Assembly (NCBI GenBank): GCA_963693365.1
Contig: CAVNZM010000004.1
Span: 1,857,449-1,921,448 of the forward strand
Source: Amoebidium appalachense
Taxonomy: Eukaryota; Protista; Ichthyosporea
Length of the DNA stretch: 64,000 bases
Direction of reading: 5' to 3'
A program made the position numbers and the translations under genes. Numbering within the stretch: position 1 is the first letter of the stretch; every line of letters starts with the position of its first letter. The notes under the pieces were generated by a model that had not been told where the DNA came from, made no database searches, and was given only the letters and a program-made list of their open reading frames with translations. Positions 53,256-64,000 of this stretch are shown here, one piece after another.

Positions 53256-53400
<145 letters not shown>

Positions 53401-53768
53401 ATGCACGTGCACGCACACACACAAGCACACACATATGCATACAGATGCGCAGAATGCACACAAAGCATATGTACACACACACACGTGTCACACACCCCAA
53501 GAGAGAAATCTAGATTTTTTACGAATAAACACCCACGAAAACTTTAAGTGCACTTTGTGTGAAAAGACATCGGGCTTGAATTCCGCAGCGCCGCTCCACT
53601 GCTTTGTCTCACCGTATCGATACAGAATAATTGTTCAGAAAACTGCATGCCTAACTTCGATTTGCCCCCCCCCCCCCCCCCCCCCCTCCCCTCCCCCCCC
53701 CAAAAAAAAAAAAAAAAAAAAAAGGCTAGGGGTTAGGGGGACTGATGGGTTCGGGGTTGGGAGAGGGG

Positions 53769-53815
<47 letters not shown>

Positions 53816-54182
53816 AGGACAAAACCACTTATAATATTTACGAGAAAAGTATAAAACTGACCATATATGCTCAACCCTACAGTTTTGAGCACAACAGTTT
53901 TGGTCAAAACAACAGTCATTATTTATCGCGTAACAAACCGCGGCGGAGACCCAACAGTCACGCTGCCAGCAGGCAGCCCCAATAGGATGGTCGTGTGGAG
54001 CCCATTCTACTTAAAGAAATTCAAGAGCGGAGAACAGACTACGGCCGATAGGGAGTTTGTGGCCCACATGGTTAAAGCAATGCCGGAGCTGGCATGCGGA
54101 TCAAATTGTAGGTTTATGGTTTTTCTCTAACCATACCCTCAGTATCGGACCAACTACGCCGGCCAGCTCGTTACACCCCCAA

Positions 54183-54230
<48 letters not shown>

Positions 54231-54399
54231 ACTCCTCCTCGATCCTCTTCCGCCCTCTTTCCCCTTCTCATACTCCCAGTTCCCCGCCGGCACCGTCAAC
54301 ACCCCATCCCAACACATGCCACCCCCATCCCCTCCTCCCTTTCCCCAAGCACCGAATAAGAAAACAAACAAACAAACAAGAAAAATTAGGGGGTGGGGT

Positions 54400-54436
<37 letters not shown>

Positions 54437-54506
54437 ATATAAGTATCGGCAAGCATGTTTTTCTAGCTGTGATGTCCCCCCCCTTCCGTTCTAAGCACCA
54501 AAAAAA

Positions 54507-54547
<41 letters not shown>

Positions 54548-56366
54548 CACTGCAACAACGGAAAAGGAAGAATTTAATTAACTTGAAAAAGAGTAGGGGG
54601 CATGATTTAAGCACACAACTAACACCACCCACCTTAAACAGTGACCGAATACCAGTTTGACCTCTACGTCCTTGGTGGGAACTTGGCCAAAGACATAACG
54701 GATAATCCGGCCAGCAAATGGAACCCCTCGAGTGTTCATTGGGCCGATATCATGCTTCTCGACAGTACATCCGTACTTATTTTTGCCGCAGACAAATCAA
54801 TCACAAACCTCGCCACGCCGCTACGAAACATGTTTCGGAAAACCACGGCCATCTAGGTGTTTCTAGATGGCCGTGCGGAAAACACGCCGCGATTTGGCTT
54901 CAGACATTGCCGAGCCGTATGCGCGAGCCTTTCTGGCGGAAGGAGAAGATGGGAAGATGTCGTTCCATGCCATACCTCTGTGGGGCACCACCAGTATCCT
55001 CGTGTCCAATAATGCAAGTCTGGCAAGTGCAAACATTAATGCATCTGACATCATCCCCACGTAAGCCCCTCCCTCCCCCCCCCCCCCCCCCCCCCCCCCC
55101 CCCTTTCCCACCCATTCACACACACACACACACACACACCCCTCTCCCTCGTCCTCCCCGCTTCACCTCCTGCACAGTACAAAGTTCCGTTTAGTTCTCC
55201 TTTCTTTCCCCCCCCTCCCCCCTTCCCCCCTCTCCACCCCCTTCGCCCCCCCCCCCCCCCCCCCCCCACACACACACCCTCTTCGCCCCCTCCCCCGTCT
55301 CCCCCCCCCCAAACCTATCCTCCTCCGCTCTTCTTCCCTCTTCCCCACCCCCTCTCCACCCCTTTTACCCCCCTCCCCTCCCCCCTGGGTGCCCCGTTAT
55401 ATTTCCTTTGGAAGTCTTAAGCAACCCTCACCATCCCCAAAAAAACACGATCAACGTGGCACCTTATAATTACCTTTCTCGCTTTGCCCCTCCCCCCCCC
55501 CCCCCCCCCCCTCCCCGGGTGGGCCGACCTCTCCCTCCCAGTTGTCCTAGCCCCCCTCACCCACCCTATGATTTCATGCCCCTCCTTTTTTTTTTTTTTA
55601 ACCTCTCTCCCCATCTCAACCCCTCACCCACCATCACAACCATTACCCTTACAAAGAAAAAAGAGAATTTGTTGGCCTCACCCAGCCTTTCATTTGCTGG
55701 TGCGCCTACATCGCTACCTACCGACCTACACACCGTTTTTTTCTGCTCCCTCCCTCTCCGGATCTCTCATATCGGAAGCCTGCCATACTCTCTTAGGTTT
55801 TCTCTCTACTCTTTTCTTCTTATTCTCCAACTCTCTGCACCCGCCTCTTCTCTGCCTTGCCCCCCCCCCCCCCCCCCCCCCCCCCCTTCCGCCTCCCGCC
55901 CCTCCCCTCCCTCGAGATCCTCCTCCTCCCCCCTGCCCTTTCCAACTCCACCTTCTCCCCTCCCCTCCTTCTCATCCCTCCCTTCCCCCTCCCCCCTCCC
56001 CTCTCCTCTCATCCCCTGTCTTCCCCCAACCACCCCAAACGGCACCCACTATCTTCCCCGATTCCCACAACCCCACTCACGTTCACACTCCCTACAGAGA
56101 CATCCAACGATCCCCGCTTGGCCTCGTGGACGTGGGATCGGCTAATTGATCTTGCGATCACATTGCAGAACAGATACAAGGCAGATCCAAATGCAGCGGG
56201 CACGGAGCAGGGATTTACCCTCGACCCAGGTGGAGACGAGGAAGGTAAGAATGGGGGGGGGGGGGGGGAGGGGGGGGGGGGGAGATCTGCTAGTGTGGTA
56301 TGTGCTCCTCCCCCCCCCCCCCCCCCCCACCACCACCACCACCATCCCCCCCCCCCCCCCCCCCCC

Positions 56367-56458
56367 GATGCTGCATAGTTGAATGTTTGCCTTTGCATGT
56401 GTCCTGCACCATGCTTCTCATCGTGTATGCGTACTTCGTACTGTGTTCCGCATTCAAA
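56367..56458 (+). mobile_element. Retrozyme-like dispersed repeat, copy C (3'-terminal ~92 nt)
   Basis: GATGCTGCATAGTTGAATGTTTGCCTTTGCATGTGTCCTGCACCATGCTTCTC...CCGCATTCAAA is nearly identical to 35675-35765; poly-C on both sides. Confidence 0.85.
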
Positions 56459-57736
56459 CCCCCCCCCCCACCCCCTCCCCCCCGCCCATTCCTTCCGCTT
56501 CCTAATCCAATTATAACGCCACCTGTGTAATGTCTCGCTAACGTGTTTCAAACCCCCCCCCCCCCCCCCCCCGCCCCTTCCCCCCATATATACACACATC
56601 TTCCTTACTCATGTGTTTGCTCCTCTTCCACACACACACACACTGATTCGTACACACGAGGCCATGTCTGTCTCTCTCTCTAGGCTACCACCAATGCTTT
56701 TCCTTTCTCCCCTGTCCCCTTAGCCCGCCACCTAGGTCTTGCCCTCCCCCCCCCCCCCCCCCCCCCCCCCCAAACATGCACACCCACCCACACCCACCAA
56801 CCCACTCACTCACCCACCTGCCAACCCACCCACCCGCCCCCTCGATCCCAACCACTCTTCCCCCCCCCCCCCCCCCCCCCCTCCTTTTTTTCTCTTCTTT
56901 CTTTCTTTCTTTCTTTCTTTCTCTCCTTTTTTTTTTTTTTTTTGGTGGAGGGGGGGAAGGGGAGAATGGGGGAGGCAACATATTTACGCGCTTGGCACAG
57001 CCCCTTTACCAGAGGATGTGGAATCGACGCCGGTGGAACGATGGAAGCCGCCAGAGGCTGCGAATTTCGGCCATCACCCAATCGGTCCCCCTGACCTACC
57101 CCTTAACCCTACCACTCGCCACCACCGAATACCGCCAACGGGTTAAACCATTCCGGAATTTCCTTGCGGAGTACATTTACCGGAATCTCTCACTGGAGGA
57201 AGCAGCGAAATCCGCCTGTGAGCAGGTGGAGTATGCATTTGCCCCGTTAACTTGTACGGAAAACGAACACTACGAGGTGGTGGTGGCTGACCAGGACTGC
57301 AGCAACGACGGAGAGATCACAATCGTCTATGCCTATAAAGGGGAGAACGAGGTATGCCCCCCTCCCCCCCTTCCTGACCCCTTCTAGGCTACCAATTTGG
57401 ACCGGATCTATCCCCCATTCCCCCGGTCCCTCCTTTCTTTAGTAATAGGTAGAGGTCCTCCCCCCCCCCCCCCCCCCCACCCGCCCCCTCCTTCCCCTTG
57501 CCCTTGCCACCACGCCGCCTTTGATATTAACCCTTGTGCCACCTAGGCAATGGTAGGTAGAATAGCTAAGGGTGTGAAGGGGAAGCAAAGGGGAGGCGGG
57601 GGAGGGAGGATTGGGTGTGGGGGGGGGGGGGGGGGGGGGGGGGGGAGAGGGGGGTGGGGGGTGCGTGGGTGCAGTGTGTGTGTGTGTGTGTGTGGGTTGG
57701 GGGGGGGGGGGGGGGAGGCAGTGTTTCTTTTTCTCT

Positions 57737-57767
<31 letters not shown>

Positions 57768-58852
57768 GTCACACAGGCAGGAAGCTGGGGAGGGGGAAAG
57801 GGTCGTGGAATGTCTTCGTCCAATAGTATGGTGGTAGGTTTGCACATCTGATTCACTAACTACCTCTGAAACCTCCCCCCCCCCCCCCCCCCCCCCCCCG
57901 GATCATATGCAGGTGAAGTACTGTCGGCTAAACGACACGGTCACAGCCCCCTGCCAAGGTGGTCTAATCGGAAATGGCCAGCCAATCGCAGTGGTCTGTC
58001 CATACGTGGGCGAAAAAACCCCCAACGCAAAGGGGGTCTATGCAATTTGCGGTGTCGGAATTTCATACTGCGTTATTCTTATGGTTCTTCTTTTCGTAGC
58101 GAGAGAGAAAAAAGCCATTCGTTCGGAGAGTCTGGCGTTTTCAGAGGCGATAGTGTTTGGGTGTGTATACTTATACAGGTCAGTCCTTTCATGTTTGCCG
58201 GTGAGCCAACGCAAATTCGTCTCCATGCCGGTGTGTGGCTCCTAAGCATCGGATCCGCAATCCTTTTCTCGTCTTTCCTCGCCAAAACCTCCCGCATACA
58301 CCGAATTTTCGTCAGTTCGCGTCTCGTAAAATCGCTCCGGTTAACCGACGGGAAACTTCTCGCGTCGTTTATGTTTCTTCTTGGTATCGATATTCTTCTG
58401 CTGTGCCTGTTTTCTTTCGTCAATAAAGTGCAGATTGTCTTTCAACACAATTTGTAGATTACCAAAAACTATTAATGAACGGTACGGAAAACCACGGTGA
58501 GCTCCGAGGTGCATTCATAGGGGAACACGGGGGCCACATCACATATGCGGCCGTACGGGTCAATGTGACGTCATTTGGCATCCTTCTGATCATCTACCAT
58601 GCCATTCTCCTGTGGATGCTTGCTTGTGTGCTGTCCTACATGGTGAGTGTCGACCCCCTCTCCCCTCTCACCCCTCTCACCCCTCCCTCCCCTTTCCATT
58701 CTCCCCCCTCCCTCCCCCCCTCACCCCCCACCCCTCCGTCCCCCCCCCCAAAAAAAACAAACAATGCCATCCCCCCTTCTCCCCCCCTCCATAGCATTAT
58801 GCAAGAATACTTGTGCGCACACCTGTAACACAAAGTGATCAAGCCTATCCCC

Positions 58853-58883
<31 letters not shown>

Positions 58884-59012
58884 AAAAAAAAAAAAAAAAG
58901 ACATACACACACTGGTTCCACCACGTGATATGTACACACCAAAAAACAGACAAAGAACTTCGGAAATGTAAAAGAAATAAATAAGCGTCAAGCCTCTCAG
59001 CCTCAGGCCAGC

Positions 59013-59075
<63 letters not shown>

Positions 59076-60379
59076 TGACGCCGTTTTACATATCAAATGT
59101 TTGGCTCGCCAGACTCGTGACTATGATAAGGTCGGACCTGATCGAGACAATTTTTTTGAAAGGTGAAATTTTTCTCACCCACCCTGCCATATTCCCCAGG
59201 TGTGCCGAGTGCCCAGCCAATACAAAGAGAGCCGCTTTATTTTCTTCTAAGTTAACATGGTGGCCCTGGTTGTTGTGATCCTTGCAGCCATTGGTGCTAT
59301 CCAACTACGTACAGACCCAAGCGTGACTTTAAATCACTGGAAACTTATACGTCAGGAGCACGGGCTATGTTTCTGGCTTATGGTATTCTCCTTCCTGTGA
59401 CCATGAGCATCATATGCACTGTTATGTTTGTGCCGAAATTACTTCATTCCATCGATATTCGCATTATTAACAGTACGCCAAAAGGTGTTGCTTCTACTAG
59501 TCGGGACCAATCGTACGAGTCAGAGTAAAGGAAGGAACGAGACAGAAAACGAGGGGAAAGCGAGCAAACGTGAGTTGGAGCTTTTGCGAGAGGTGGAGGA
59601 ATTGTCGCAGGAAACAGCGCTTTTTAAAGAAAAACTTATGACTTTGGCCAACGCGCACAAACATGCAGGAGGAGAGATCGGATTGGATGCAGATCACGAA
59701 GATAATTCACGTTCAATCGTAAAGGAGGGGTCTATGAGAGTGGCGTCAAAAGCGGCTTCACACACAAGTGTCACGGCCAAATCTTTGTCAAATTCAACTG
59801 GGGGGGTTGCTGATCAGCCCAGTGCGTACACTGCAAGTAATAGCACCAGTACTAATGGGCTGCTTGCGGGTATGTCCGGCACGGATATCGCACATGTCTG
59901 ATTGACTTAGTGGCAGGAGTATGTATCATATTGAATATGCCTGCCAGGCGTGAAAGCATATCCGAAGTGGTTTTACATTTGAGAGGAATAGTCTGTCATA
60001 ATTCACATAAGTGTGTGTAATACCATGGCCTTTTTTTAGCAGGCTGCTATGATAGTAGCCTTTTATCTTTTTTTAATTTATTTTATCAGTATTCTTCGAT
60101 GACACTGTAGCACACTCTAAACTACTTGGTTCTTCCGATGGCCCTGCTGCAGTGGAGGGGATGCAACTTGATATTTAAAAGATGTGGAGACAGTGACACA
60201 CAACACACTAGTAGTAATTCATCGACGAAAAAGTCTACATCTTTCAAAGTAGATTCTGGATAACAGTGCTTATATAGCCCCAGGGCAAGGCTTAAGTTTG
60301 GTTTTGTGTGACATGTAGTCGATATGGTACTGTAGGATGCCAAGAAGTGAACTGATGATAGTGGCACAGAAAGTGTTCC

Positions 60380-60415
<36 letters not shown>

Positions 60416-60556
60416 CTTTCCAGTTTCAATAAACTTGCTTATTGTGACAGTTGCCACACTAGTAACATTTATGTTTGCAACGCGAATACCGTGAATATAC
60501 GTTTACTAATGTACATGCCCCACGGAAGGTGAAGATGATTTAGGCTACGTATACTA

Positions 60557-60590
<34 letters not shown>

Positions 60591-61026
60591 CCGGGAAGAA
60601 ACGCACACACACACACACACACACACACTGACACACACACACACACACACATACACACACACACATGCACATCCACACTAGTCAAACAGCATGGCAATAA
60701 TGTCACACACACACCGTCCCCTCCCCCCCCCCCCCACTACCCCTCCTCTCTCTTTTCTCTAGCTCAGGTGACACACGCATACACATCCTCACGTCAGTAA
60801 TGCCTATAATCCCTCACTTAGCACTTCCGAAAGGAATCACACACCAAAACAATTCACCACTAAGTCTTGTATGTTTCTCTACAACACTCGAACTTCGTGG
60901 TCAACTTCAATGACATGGCATACATATAGGACGAACAAGGCGTTGTTATCATGAAGTGAAGGAGGAGTGACCATGGGTGGGTGGGGATGGGCGTGTGGTT
61001 GGGCGGGCGTTGGAAGGGGAGGGGGG

Positions 61027-61063
<37 letters not shown>

Positions 61064-61446
61064 GGAGGGAGGAGGGGGGGAGGGGGGGGGGGGGGGGAGG
61101 GTCAAACATCATCTTTACCGTAAGTGGGCAGACACAAGGCTGATGCTTCACTCCGAGGACATGCTTGAGAGCTACCTAACGAGGCGGCCAATCACAAAGC
61201 CGGGCCCCCCTTTCTTTGACCATGGCATAAGTTGATTACAAACAACTTCCGATAGGGGGCCTAAATGCATGCCGAATCCATGACGATGAGGTATCTCCCG
61301 TTTAAATAAAACTCGGCCGTTGTGGGAAAGAAGGAAGTCGTGAAAGTCATGTTTTGTACGGAAGCAAGAGAGAGTGATCTGCGAGCGAGAGCGAGAGAAG
61401 AGAGAGAAAGAGAGGGAGGAAGAGAGGAAGGGAGGGAGGGAGGGCG

Positions 61447-61477
<31 letters not shown>

Positions 61478-61629
61478 GGGAGAGAGGGAGGGAGGGGGGG
61501 GGGGAGAGAGAGGAGGAGAGAGAGAGCCATTAAGAAAGAGAGTGTGTGTGGGTGACCGAGAAGGGGTCACCGGTGGAATGGGTAGGTGGGTGGGTGGGGG
61601 GGGGGGGGGGGGGGGGGGGGGAGGGGGAG

Positions 61630-61701
<72 letters not shown>

Positions 61702-62803
61702 GAGAGAGAGCCTCAGGGAGAGAATGAGAGGCCAAAACCATTCGGCAATCACATGCGCAGGGTCTACATAATGATTGAGAAGGCACCTACCCTTAAGTCA
61801 GCACGGTGGTGGTTTTAACATGCCGCAGCACCCTGGATTTGTTAAAACTCAATGCACGCAACCTTTCTGGTTCTATTAGACTATATATACACATACAAAA
61901 TCACTGTGTCCCACACCCACACGGGGCACAAAAAAAACATACTACTATCATACTGCACGCACATACATACACGAGCATGACCACACACACACACACACAC
62001 ACTACCGTCATACTGCAAGTCCTTTCTAATGTAGGGCATTCTCCCAACGCCTCCCCCCGTTTTGGAGGGAACAAACAAAGAATACAACACGCTGTCTCCG
62101 CACACCTTCAGCAATTTTACCATTTATTGCTACAAACATAAGTAGAACTGTTGACCTGCCTGCTGGCCAACGTAATTTCAAAATATATGCGCCACCCATG
62201 GCAGCACCTTGCACTCCTCGAGAACCAGCTTGAGGGTTTTATGTTTTTATAAATATACTGTTACACAGAGACCTTTCTTAGTTTAGAATTTCCTTGCTCC
62301 GAAATGTGTGTGGTGCATACATTGTTTAGCACCCAGTTTACCATAACCCCGAACGAAGGACTGCCGTGTCGGGATAAATAGTGCCGTTTTGTTTCCCAAA
62401 TATGTATATTAACAGAGGTTTAAATGACACTCGTGCATCAATGGCGAGACAGATGCATACGGATTTGAAGATTTTTCGAAAAGTGTAAGATGACAGATAG
62501 GATCATAGAACTTCAGAGACACCAAAGTAAATACATTTTGGCAGCTGGTTTGGCTCTGATGCATAAGCCTTTGTGCAAGGTGCTGTTCCTAGATGCGTTG
62601 CGTTTCCCCCCCTTTTGATAAACTAAGATCGTGGCGGAAATGCCAGAAGCGGCGGAATGTCCAGAAGGTCGGCATCACTCATCCATGTCAAACATGCACA
62701 CGTGGTCGCCAACCAGAACCCTGCAAGAATACTCGTCAGTCCGGGGCAACACGTGACATCACAAAAAATTGATGCCATGAAACAGAAAAAGGCCAAAAAA
62801 GGC

Positions 62804-62841
<38 letters not shown>

Positions 62842-62924
62842 CCTAAAAAAAACGCCAAGAATCCAAGCAGCAACAGCAGACACCGAGTTTCGGACCCCCA
62901 GAAGAACCTGATGTCCAATCAATA

Positions 62925-63491
62925 TTATGATGTCAGCTCATCTTCAACACTTAGAGAGGGAGCCGAGCCAGAGACAACTACCAGACCTAGCAGAAGAAGA
63001 AGAAGGAGCATAAAAGAGAAAAACACAGAGAAAAAGAACTTTAACGTGTGGTGGTCGTACCTTGGTGTTTGGTTGGCTGAAGGCTGTGGTGGTTCCTCGG
63101 AGTCGTTTCCTGACAAGCTATCGCTCGACTCAGACTCCACAGCAGGGGGAGGAGGTCGTAATAGACCCCTTCGTATCAACATCTTCTCGGCATGGAGCCT
63201 CTGACTGAAATGCATTCGCGACAACCAGCTTTGGTAAACATCGGGTTGTGATGCTGAGGTGGTTGGTCGCGCTACCCTCTCTTTGTGCTTGATATTAAAC
63301 GAAATGGCATTTTGTGACTTCGTGGCCATCATATTCTCGGCTTGCTCAGGCTCGCCTTTCTTTCCACCAATCCTTCCGCACGCGTCACACCAGCCCTGCG
63401 CTCCCACGGTTGGCCGGCACATGAATGCTTCTTGGCTATCACCCGGCGACGGGATGCTCACAGAAAAACAAAAACAAGGAAATTGTGGCAC
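62925..63491 (-). other. Possible coding exon or TE-derived ORF of unknown function
   Basis: Complex ORF segment (WCDACGRIGG...VESESSDSLSGNDSEEPPQ); no family or full gene structure recognised. Confidence 0.25.
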
Positions 63492-64000
63492 AAAAATGTG
63501 CTACTGCACACTCCTCGGACTAGAAATCAATAAAAATCCCTCTCCGAGTCAATGAACCAACTATGCGAACACCAAGAGGAGACGACTGCTTGAGTGCAGC
63601 ATTAACACCACCGCATGTCTATTGTAGCAGGGCGGCCAAGGGGTTTTGACAGGGCACAAAAGTTCCTTATTCATCACAGCTGGCCTGCTAAGGGAATCTC
63701 AGCAACTCCCGTAGAGAACAAAGATAAGCAAAACGGGAAACTAAACACAAAACCACACGGCAACTTTTACTCCTTATCTCACACAACTTCACACATACAC
63801 ACAAACTGCTCTTATAAAATCTGCCAGAAGAAACCTACAATAGTCATAAAACGAAAACGAAGACTGATGTGTTTCAAGAAAGACAACGCTGTGTGTGTGC
63901 TGGGAAAAAGCCAATGCTTGCATGGATCCATGTGTACTAATTGGCCTGGGACAGTGGTTTGTGTCGGTATATAATTTCCGTGATATCAACGGGTACTAAA

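Noticed and set aside
54910-54925. GAGCCGTATGCG resembling group II intron domain V
   Set aside because: It lies in a coding exon (EPYA), and no complementary 3' arm or other intron domains were seen.
54855-59250. Stop-codon reassignment explaining in-frame TAG/TAA
   Set aside because: TAA, TAG and TGA all terminate other genes here, NOV has no internal stops, and the same gene also has frameshifts.
60120-61370. Short complex ORF-like islands after the GPCR
   Set aside because: Stop-interrupted, no recognisable motif or consistent splice structure; possibly decayed TE but unsupported.

Overview
Intron-rich eukaryotic genomic DNA (GT-AG introns packed with poly-C/poly-G runs and CA/AG microsatellites; gene content would fit a unicellular opisthokont such as an ichthyosporean, but taxonomy is only an inference). 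Most entries in the ORF track are low-complexity artefacts; genes were rebuilt by hand from splice sites. + strand: a secreted Trp/Cys-repeat protein (1600-2421); a damaged 7TM receptor gene (6606-8602); a ~1850-aa multidomain protein with an N-myristoylation motif, class-3 lipase fold, TM hairpin, P-loop GTPase, UBA-like repeats and HECT E3 ligase (17055-25948); an intact 22-exon ~2730-aa NO VEIN/sacsin-like GHKL ATPase with a C-terminal DUF3883 nuclease-like domain (27738-50227); a lesioned class C GPCR with a solute-binding-protein-like ectodomain (52562-59901). - strand: a probable orphan spliced gene (~11068-13915). Non-coding highlights: a dispersed ~450-nt repeat that sits in poly-C tracts, is terminally redundant and carries covarying helices plus all hammerhead ribozyme core nucleotides in a non-canonical strand order (retrozyme-like), and a poly-A retroposon with a 14-bp target-site duplication.
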